A stretch of DNA of 64,000 nt, taken from positions 1 through 64,000 of the IMG/VR virus record IMGVR_UViG_3300032293_000766; one strand, written 5' to 3'. Made by a program: the position numbers and the translations under genes. The notes beneath the pieces were generated by a model that was not told the origin of the DNA, ran no database searches, and saw only the letters and a list, made by a program, of their open reading frames with translations. Below, one piece after another: positions 58,101-64,000 of the stretch. Within the stretch, counting starts at the first letter, position 1. Each line of letters starts with the position of its first letter. The DNA is from a virus.

Positions 58101-61100
58101 TGAAGAGTTATTTGCAGAATTTTTTGCTAAAGCTAGTCCAGAAGTTAGGGCTATTATAACATCAACAACGGATTCCAAAAAAGGAATGGAGCAATTAGCT
58201 AATATCTTAGGGAAAACTGGATACACATACGCAGGATTAGAAGCTTCTGATATATCAAAGCCGCGACCTCAAACAAAAGCGGCATCTATGGGTATGTCTA
58301 CTGCTGACGTAATAAATCAAGCAAAAGTTCTGTCTATTCCTTCTTCTTTCAATATAGGTGGGTTAACTGGGCCAACCAGTGTACCAACTGGGTCAACCAG
58401 TGTGCCATCAGCTGGACCGTTACCAGAAGAAGATTGTGTTAAGTTATGTGATCCAGTACTAGATAAATTAAATAGTACTCTTAGTGAGTTACTAAAGGCT
58501 ATACAAGCTTTATCTTCATCTAGCACTCCATTTACGCCTAGCGCATCAGTATCGCCACAACAATCGCAGCCACCAGACCCACAAATGAGTAAAGCAGAAG
58601 CTACAACATTAGCGAGTACACCTAAAAGTGATATGTTTAAAAAGTCTACAGAAGAGTTAAGTACAGCACAAAAGGTCTTACAAGCAGACTTTGCCGCACA
58701 AAGAGACGCTCTTAGAGCAACTGCTACTAGTGCGTCAGAATACAAAAAGAAATTAGAAGAAATTGATAAAGAAGAAAAAAATAGATTAAAAAATATCAAT
58801 AAAGAATTAAAGACTAGAGAAGAAGCCCCAGCTAAAACTGCTGAACGTAAAGCCGAACGTAAAGCTGAACGTGAAGCTGATAACAATTTAAGTAAGGTTA
58901 CAGGAGCAATTAGTAGCGGTCAAGGCTATCAATTAAAAAATGAAGAACTTGTTTCAGCAAATAAAACAGTACAAGATCGTGCTAGTAAAGCTAGAGATGA
59001 AGCTAGACAAACTTCAACTAGTCAAAAAGATTATGATCAACGTGTCAAGACTATTAATGAAAATGAAGACAGTCAACTTAAAGGAATAAATAGAGAAGCA
59101 AAAAATCGTGGCATTAATTTAAGTGGTGGCGAAAAATCTGACAAGGGCATGTTTACTTTCAGTCAAGCTCTTACTGGCGCTAGTGCTGCTTTAAATGGTT
59201 TAATACAAACTGCTGGCGGTACTGATGATGCCTTTGGTCGTATTGCAAGTTCTGTACTATCTTCAGTTACTGCTATTAGTAGTTCGCTTTCTGTATTAGA
59301 ACAATTATCTGGTATTGAAATAAAAGGTTTTGGAGACATAGCTAAAATACCACAAGAATTAGGTAAATCTTTTGCTAATATTGGAGCTACTTTAGATGCT
59401 AAAATATCAGAATTTTCTGGTGGAAGAATATCTAGTTCTTCTGTTGGACTTGAAAAACTCTTTTCTTCCTTGGGTGCTGTTGCCGGTGTCGTTGGCATAA
59501 CTGCCGCTGCGTTTTCCGCAGCTGCTGGCGTGTTGTATTCTACTAGCACAACAGTTGCTGAATATGACAAGGCAATGGCAGATGGGAATATAGCATTAGT
59601 TGGTACTTTATCAGCTAAAAAAACAGCTGAAGAAGATATTATTAATAGTGGAGGAATATTTGCTGCTGGAATAGTTGCAGTTGCTGCGATAGTACCTATA
59701 TTTTTAGCAGCTGTAACATCAATGATACCTCCATTGGCTGGACTTTCAACTAGTTTATACGCTCTTGCTGCTCCAATAGCTGCTACTGTTGCCGTTGTTG
59801 TTGCTGCTGGTGCAATATTTTTATATGCTACTGGTAATTTGGAAAATTTTGCAAATGGAGTTAGAAATATTGCGTCAAGTTTAACCGGTGGTTGGATACA
59901 GAGTACTTCAACAATTCAACAGTTTGCTCAAGCCACTGCTGCTACTTCTCATACAATGAAATTGATGCAAGATCAAGCTAAACAAACTACACAATCTCTT
60001 AAAGACTTATCAGAAGGTAGAAAGAGCGCAAAAGAAGTATTGAATCAATTTTCTGGACAGGCAAAATCTGCTGCCAATGCTCAATTCTTAGCAGAAGCTT
60101 TACCGGAAGATACAGCTAAAGAGAAAAAAGCCAAAGATAAGGCAATTGATGAAGCTAATAAGAATAAAGATAAAGTTTTGTCAGACGCCGCACCAGCTAT
60201 TAATTCTCAAGCTAGAAATATAGCTATCGCTGGCGGAAATTTCGCTGACTTTTTTGCTAGCTTACCAAAAGAATTACAAGCAATTTATAATCAAAATCCA
60301 GAAGAATTAAAATTACTTAAAGAAGCTTTTGGTAATACTGCTAAAGAAGTTGAAGTTGCTAGAAAACAATTTGAAGCAATGAATCTTGGTTTTAGAAATG
60401 TAACTTCTGTAACTGGCGCTGCTGTAAATTCTGTTACAAATTTTACTGCTGGGTTACAAGCTGGGAATTTGGCTGTTGCTCAATCTGCTAATACATTGGC
60501 AGCTTCTCTTACGTCTGCTGGAGCAAATATTAGTACAAATGATTTTAATAATGCTTTGAGTGATGTTACAGGAACTATGGCCTCTCTTGGCGCTAGTGAT
60601 CAACAAATTTCAAAATTTAAAGAAAATCTTACAGCTTTGGCGCAAGTTCAGAGAAATGCTAGTGGAATTTTTGATCAAGTAAAAGATCAAATTAAAGCTG
60701 GTGGATTCCAAGGTATGAGTCCAGAAGCCGCTGGAGAAAGCTTCCGTAAATTAGTTGATGATCAATTAAAAGCTTCTGGAATTGGTGAAGAAGCTCGTAA
60801 AAGAATTGGTGACGCTTTAGGCGATATTGAACTTGGCGATAAAGAGAGGCAACAAATTGCTGCCGGTGATTACAGTTTCTTAACTAAGAAACTAGAAGAG
60901 GCTGGTGTTGGTATGACCGCAGAGGTAAATCAGATGGTATCTGATTTGCAAAAGGTAAATTCTGAATTAAATACTTTATACAAACAAAGAATTGACTCTG
61001 AACGAGCTTTAGTCGAAGCTCAACGTCAAGCTATTTCATTAACCTTAGAAGGTCTTGATATACAAGCCAAATACGGTGGCAATGCCGTCACTCCAGAAAT

Positions 61101-62478
61101 AAGAAAACAAGCAGCATTAGAAAGCGCAAACGTTGGAAGGAGGGCTGCTGGATTAAATGATATAAGAGGTTCAGACCCTGCATCTTTACGTGCTGGATTA
61201 AATCAAATTCGTGGAAATTTTTCTGGATTAGAGCAAAAAGCTTTGCAGGGCAAAGTTTCTGGCCAAGAGGGCGTAAAAGATGAAGGAATGAGAGAAAATC
61301 TCAAGAAAGCCCAACAGGATCAAATAAAGTTAATTAAAGATTTAATATCCGCAGAAGAAGAACAACTAAGACTTACTAAGGAAAAAAATAAGTTAGAAAA
61401 AAGTTCTTTAGAATCATTATTGTCTGGAGATATTGATAAGTTCTTTGAGCAACAGGCTGCTGTTGGCGCAACCGCAGCTATAGCAAGCGGTAATCGCGCA
61501 GCTATTGGTCAGTTTGGAGGTCAAGCATTATCTGGAGCTTATCAGAATTTACAATCTCAAAAAGAAGCTGGAGTAACTGAAGTATTTGGTCAGAGAATAT
61601 CTGGGGCCGGTGGATTACTAGAAAGTTCTGCTATGGCTTCACTTGGAGCTAGGGGCATACAAAATCCAAGAATGGCGCAAATATTAGCTGGTACTACTCC
61701 AGAGGAAGAGGCTAGTAGTAGAAGACTAAGGGAATATGGTGGATTACTAGGTGAAGCTGGTGCCGCTGGTGCTGAAATGGCACAAATGGAATTAGCGCGT
61801 GCAGACATGAATATTGCTAAAGCTACTATAAAAATAGAAAATGGAGGTTTTGATACAGATATTTTAAGTAATGAACCACAAGGTAGAAGTCGCGGTGGAA
61901 TCGTGTATGCTAGTAAAGGACAGCTTATTAATTTTGTTCCAAAGGGAACAGATACCGTTCCAGCCATGTTAACTCCCGGTGAATTTGTAATAAATAGAGG
62001 CGCTGTAAATCGTGGTGATAACTTATCTTTCTTAAGAGCTATTAATAATGGTAATTATACAGCAAGCGCACAAAGATTAAACAGCAACAATACTTCTATT
62101 CCTAATATTATGAAACAATTAGCTGGTAGTCCACAGGTAATACAAACTCAGGATACTCAAAGGAAAATGGTTCAAAATGAACAAAGTATATCAAATGTTA
62201 ATTTTGACGTACAAAAACTTTCTAAGCAACTCGGCAAATTCATGTCAGGATTTGATGGATTTATGGAAAGTTTCTCAAATCAAGTTGGAAAGCTAGGCAA
62301 TACTGAGGTTTCTCATAAGATGGGAGATGTAAATCTTAATATTAATGGAGGCCAGTTCTTACAAAGCATGGCCGATGGATTAAAGCAACAGTTAATGCAA
62401 GATTTAGGACAACAATTGCAGAGTATAAAAATAAATAACGTTGGTAATATTAAACTAGGAAGAACATCTGTATTATAA
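52171..62478 (+). CDS. Tape measure protein with central enzymatic cargo domains
   Basis: 3435 aa; N-terminal TP901-like TMP core (FERELIKVAQVS..., TTRESAESIGTGLRTIFTRI); TM segments ~59480-59835; DxVPAMLTPGE motifs. Confidence 0.88.
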   Translation: MSRFVLTAQLQLQAPSNVRQVVNQIQSQLAGVNVPINIQNSAVATRQINQIKAATNDATTAAERMGAAFGVSLKRFASFSIATRAVGLFTSGLAGAIKDAIAFERELIKVAQVSNQSIASLKGLTSTITELATSLGVESKSLLEVSTILKQAGLSANDTSIALRTLAKAALAPNFDSITETTEGAIAILAQFGLGVTALEGQLSSIDAVAGAFAVEASDLIDVIRRTGGVFKSSGGDLNELIALFTSVRATTRESAESIGTGLRTIFTRIQRPKTIEFLKQFGVELVDLEGKFVGPFEAVKRLSAALNGLGEGDLTFIRVAEELGGFRQIGKVLPLLQQFAIAQNALNVAQNAGNGLTQNAVTAQQALAIRITKVKEEFLAFVRGVTESKGFQLFVNTALNLASAFIKIGEALTPVIPLLTAMMAINISRGIGSFLTSIPRGVASNRLSGGGRVLGFEKGGMVPGVGNKDSVPAMLTPGEIVMNRAAVQKYGAGNLVKMNRSASGGYTVEQLKDSQKKIISRSLYPTSPTSHLELNDKVKANIVQMPANEPLSPEEIDSIRKAYPSLTPDQMKRIKDGNQRKSLIDIRKNPQSASKEDITLSKEFARAERVWGQAYEQVLINRSKGKDSQGELSLANSGDLNYPVDVKRGNAGSETWGEVKFKTSKEPKKDLTAKLLAKKILDNQINTLFTENKPDPKIDDVDLGILEYYSGISKGDSHKLQFYKGLSLGGRVQRFEEGGVAQRRVGIIDSDVLRDKKNAARVAEGMKLLDAKSEADYAIKLSKLAGEARQAGSLNKFRVMTGAAANRKSSVATGRGAKDDATLRKTTRKQILHPDDLKDVDQVMSLTTTLKDSKLDYMGMADRIYVKDSSTEDEQKLVKLFERQRNLQKDPTLYGRETGTTEGLNPDYGLQTASLISQFGTTEDRTNKGKVMTLGEKTDQSGAPRFQVRRKRLEELPELVSAKGQFPGAASPLTRGHAETAVGTLLAKVREKYPDATHKDLLFALAPDLSLSGGSQGREHGSRYGEYPASFRRDLIKLALPEMMISSANSASQTGINSRISEIEKGATGRRRFAVMEKDAPVVISKAENENPEGVMERYRSAGLTPYNIARSADTEGDSISGTATRQAVIDKDYAKLDLAVLPQVGSAIKANQPQLRNRRMMVPLVQQALDIFTQANASKVNEQVDSILQNASGGPFTRMTPKFKESHPNLVKQIKQLRSSRDIFEREAFLDPAHDLIRIISDRYPDMYGLDVSRKEPVDVPVTEDMIKQHIVDASKSSSYFRPGLSFNGDGIQLSPTLQKVKDAVDKEVKSEVVAEPTVEKEIVAPNSRSDIFKILSREEAAAASGVSGIKAYDIMGIRRPLTPDEQKVKDAIKAAYVKKVKRQGASAKAQTTKLREKGLEFGAAGLFGKAFAAKNIKIESDKLSSSRMVRVNSGVMDQATATRLSTTMSQGVSDIISKGTNIVRAGQSKSPPTQNPLQGLNTNTNATIQGGLIEQIIQQLGGPGAVKGKGFDFPEGLQGAAKYFNIDPSIPTDVKRTLSGPSTIKDNIVTYLKNVMGYNSGGLVQKFPIGGRVSRKVPYDEVEGDPFAKAANSNTLGSSAYDLEKSSGLSPTEFEQAYQYAKTAQFNIEEFKKDLARRLEAKKQRSQIKTDSSSMLQQLMQQTKTSTDKQIALGKTLQDTSNDIGYRPSELERIAQARADISNAIQPTRRRMGGRLGFETGGTVPALVSNGEAYVPPAMAKKIGYGKLNRMNQADRNGMGRFSEGGISVFKGPGSGTSDSIPTNLPVGSFIIREKATKALGLNRGGSVGGVRRFFKGGQNTKDASRTKGYTSYANIEDAANDFADIIGQLGPRIAQDIQKRFQGIENVQAGQTPKLSKKPMKEGMRGAAVINSQGQTSMALQIQGANAAANSNTLAHETGHLADFSLGGGKELASKTEGTFQFDLVEKVKPIMIKAFEAAGESAQRIAEYCASNEELFAEFFAKASPEVRAIITSTTDSKKGMEQLANILGKTGYTYAGLEASDISKPRPQTKAASMGMSTADVINQAKVLSIPSSFNIGGLTGPTSVPTGSTSVPSAGPLPEEDCVKLCDPVLDKLNSTLSELLKAIQALSSSSTPFTPSASVSPQQSQPPDPQMSKAEATTLASTPKSDMFKKSTEELSTAQKVLQADFAAQRDALRATATSASEYKKKLEEIDKEEKNRLKNINKELKTREEAPAKTAERKAERKAEREADNNLSKVTGAISSGQGYQLKNEELVSANKTVQDRASKARDEARQTSTSQKDYDQRVKTINENEDSQLKGINREAKNRGINLSGGEKSDKGMFTFSQALTGASAALNGLIQTAGGTDDAFGRIASSVLSSVTAISSSLSVLEQLSGIEIKGFGDIAKIPQELGKSFANIGATLDAKISEFSGGRISSSSVGLEKLFSSLGAVAGVVGITAAAFSAAAGVLYSTSTTVAEYDKAMADGNIALVGTLSAKKTAEEDIINSGGIFAAGIVAVAAIVPIFLAAVTSMIPPLAGLSTSLYALAAPIAATVAVVVAAGAIFLYATGNLENFANGVRNIASSLTGGWIQSTSTIQQFAQATAATSHTMKLMQDQAKQTTQSLKDLSEGRKSAKEVLNQFSGQAKSAANAQFLAEALPEDTAKEKKAKDKAIDEANKNKDKVLSDAAPAINSQARNIAIAGGNFADFFASLPKELQAIYNQNPEELKLLKEAFGNTAKEVEVARKQFEAMNLGFRNVTSVTGAAVNSVTNFTAGLQAGNLAVAQSANTLAASLTSAGANISTNDFNNALSDVTGTMASLGASDQQISKFKENLTALAQVQRNASGIFDQVKDQIKAGGFQGMSPEAAGESFRKLVDDQLKASGIGEEARKRIGDALGDIELGDKERQQIAAGDYSFLTKKLEEAGVGMTAEVNQMVSDLQKVNSELNTLYKQRIDSERALVEAQRQAISLTLEGLDIQAKYGGNAVTPEIRKQAALESANVGRRAAGLNDIRGSDPASLRAGLNQIRGNFSGLEQKALQGKVSGQEGVKDEGMRENLKKAQQDQIKLIKDLISAEEEQLRLTKEKNKLEKSSLESLLSGDIDKFFEQQAAVGATAAIASGNRAAIGQFGGQALSGAYQNLQSQKEAGVTEVFGQRISGAGGLLESSAMASLGARGIQNPRMAQILAGTTPEEEASSRRLREYGGLLGEAGAAGAEMAQMELARADMNIAKATIKIENGGFDTDILSNEPQGRSRGGIVYASKGQLINFVPKGTDTVPAMLTPGEFVINRGAVNRGDNLSFLRAINNGNYTASAQRLNSNNTSIPNIMKQLAGSPQVIQTQDTQRKMVQNEQSISNVNFDVQKLSKQLGKFMSGFDGFMESFSNQVGKLGNTEVSHKMGDVNLNINGGQFLQSMADGLKQQLMQDLGQQLQSIKINNVGNIKLGRTSVL

Positions 62479-62487
62479 GGATAATGA

Positions 62488-64000
62488 ATGCCCACATTTT
62501 GTTTTTGCTCATCTAGATTAGACGGCGAAGGCCCAATACCTATAGTTGCATCTAGCTTCTTAGAAGCAGATTTGACTGTACAAATGTCCTACAGCCCTAA
62601 GTTCGAAACATTTTCTAATTTTGGTCTATATATTAAGTCTTTAGGATTAACTAGGTTAATTGCAGAGGCTAGTATACCACAACAGAATTATAACATTACG
62701 CATAGTGTTGTTTCTGCACTTTTAACCAATGCGTCTATAAGCGATAATATTAATGTTGAACTTTATTCTAAATCAAATTTTTCTACAGATTCAGAATTTA
62801 TAGCTTTAGCAGATAAGATTAGTGGTAATATATTTGAAGATAATATAGAGCAACTAGATAATGACAACTTCTTCGCTGCTCCCGTTAATGGTACTCAAAA
62901 GTTATATCCAGTACAAGATTTAATTACGTCGTATAATGGGCAAGTTTTAGTTAATGAAAAATTACAAACCAGCGATCTATTTAACAGTATCAACGGTGGC
63001 ATTTTCGTTGGCGATTTTAGGAGCGATGGTAGAACTATAAGTGACACACTATCTTATATTTTACCATCCTCAGTTAACATTGGTGGACATTATAGATATA
63101 AAGCTGTAGTTGAAAATCCCAGATTAACACCAAAAGAGAGTAGACTGTTTATTAGAGCAGCGGCCCCGCTTTTTGGTTCTAATGATACAGATGAAAGTAT
63201 TCCTAGATACACAATATCGAATATTAAATTTGAAGATCCAAGTGGCAACTTAATTATTCAGTATAGAGATATTGAAGTTCGCGGTGATGCAAATTTTGAT
63301 AACGCTCCAGAGAATATTAGCTACACAACATACATCACTAGACCTATTAAGAATAATGCCATATTAGCAACCCAAGATATTAATTATCCAATATTAAATT
63401 CTAATGGTGACTATACTCTCACGTTTGACATTATTATAGACAGTAATGACGCCCCATTTAATTTAGGTTTTAATGAGGGATTTGATGACGATATTCCAAA
63501 TGATAATGTTATTATTGATGAAGATGATTATTTAAGTATTGGATCGCCTTTTTCTACAATATCACAAGAAGCTATCAATCCTATAAATAGCATAAGAATA
63601 TCAGAGATTGAAATATTTAATTTTGGTGCAGCTAACATAGTTAACGACACATACTTAAATTGTTATACTGAGGTTGATTTAATAGGAGAAAGATTAGAGA
63701 GATTCTTAAGCCCACAAATTCTACTACCATATGACCATAATAATAGAATACATCCAAGCGTTAATACTATTTGGGCATCTTCTCCAGATAGTAGCGGAGT
63801 AAGATTATTTAATACTAATCAAGAATTATCAAATCAAATTGTAGGAAAAATTATTAATGATAGTGATGATGATTATATAGAATTAGTTTCTAGCTCTATA
63901 CTAGATTCTGGCAAGCTACATTTAGTTTTTACTCATAAGACATTAGAATCATTGCTAGTTTATCGCGGTGGAGCATTTAGAGAGTTGAGTAATTCTTTTA
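62488..64000 (+). CDS. Partial ORF (runs off window), probable distal tail/baseplate-region protein
   Basis: ATG at 62488 after AAGGA; MPTFCFCSSRLDGEGPIPIVASS... frame appears open to the window end. Confidence 0.65.
   Translation, partial: MPTFCFCSSRLDGEGPIPIVASSFLEADLTVQMSYSPKFETFSNFGLYIKSLGLTRLIAEASIPQQNYNITHSVVSALLTNASISDNINVELYSKSNFSTDSEFIALADKISGNIFEDNIEQLDNDNFFAAPVNGTQKLYPVQDLITSYNGQVLVNEKLQTSDLFNSINGGIFVGDFRSDGRTISDTLSYILPSSVNIGGHYRYKAVVENPRLTPKESRLFIRAAAPLFGSNDTDESIPRYTISNIKFEDPSGNLIIQYRDIEVRGDANFDNAPENISYTTYITRPIKNNAILATQDINYPILNSNGDYTLTFDIIIDSNDAPFNLGFNEGFDDDIPNDNVIIDEDDYLSIGSPFSTISQEAINPINSIRISEIEIFNFGAANIVNDTYLNCYTEVDLIGERLERFLSPQILLPYDHNNRIHPSVNTIWASSPDSSGVRLFNTNQELSNQIVGKIINDSDDDYIELVSSSILDSGKLHLVFTHKTLESLLVYRGGAFRELSNSF

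Noticed and set aside
58834-58878. 12-bp tandem repeat encoding (K/T)AERKAERKAER
   Set aside because: A short slippage-type expansion in a coiled coil with no wider pattern.
6222-62495. Numerous short antisense or nested ORFs within long plus-strand genes (e.g. 52515-53285, 58317-58886, 33743-34216)
   Set aside because: They lie within or largely overlap genes with clear domains and have no recognisable motifs; they are expected shadows of biased codon usage.
1-64000. tRNA/rRNA genes, inteins, introns, reverse transcriptase/DGR, stop-codon recoding
   Set aside because: None was recognised by eye: intergenic gaps are short, core genes are of normal size and uninterrupted, and long ORFs are open in the standard code. 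tRNAscan or Infernal would be needed to exclude RNAs formally.

Overview
The window is part of a large, AT-rich tailed-phage (Caudoviricetes) genome. It is probably siphovirus-like, because there is a tail tube and a tape measure but no recognisable sheath. Positions 1-3200 are a leftward early/accessory region of tiny ORFs, most with their own sigma70-type promoter. This region is divided into ~1-kb blocks by four copies of an exactly spaced 78-bp paired-palindrome element (25+28+25 bp), two of which sit beside consensus sigma54 sites. From ~3390 everything runs rightward: a sigma-like factor, Gmd, HNH and ERCC4 nucleases, a ClpP-like protease, terminase, portal, prohead protease/scaffold, decoration protein and major capsid protein. 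Next comes a ~31-kb block of mosaic adhesin/fibre genes (LamG, FN3, Ig, RCC1, DUF285, Gly-rich) with 2OG-Fe(II) oxygenases and a sulfotransferase-like gene. Neck and tail genes follow, then a 3435-aa tape measure protein carrying ~1600 aa of apparent enzymatic cargo separated by repeated GG-x-V-x-x-F linkers. A recurring GTGTAT(A/T) motif precedes the late gene blocks. The strongest candidates for undescribed systems are the paired-palindrome cassette array and the polyprotein tape measure. All family assignments come from motif recognition by eye; no database searches were run.
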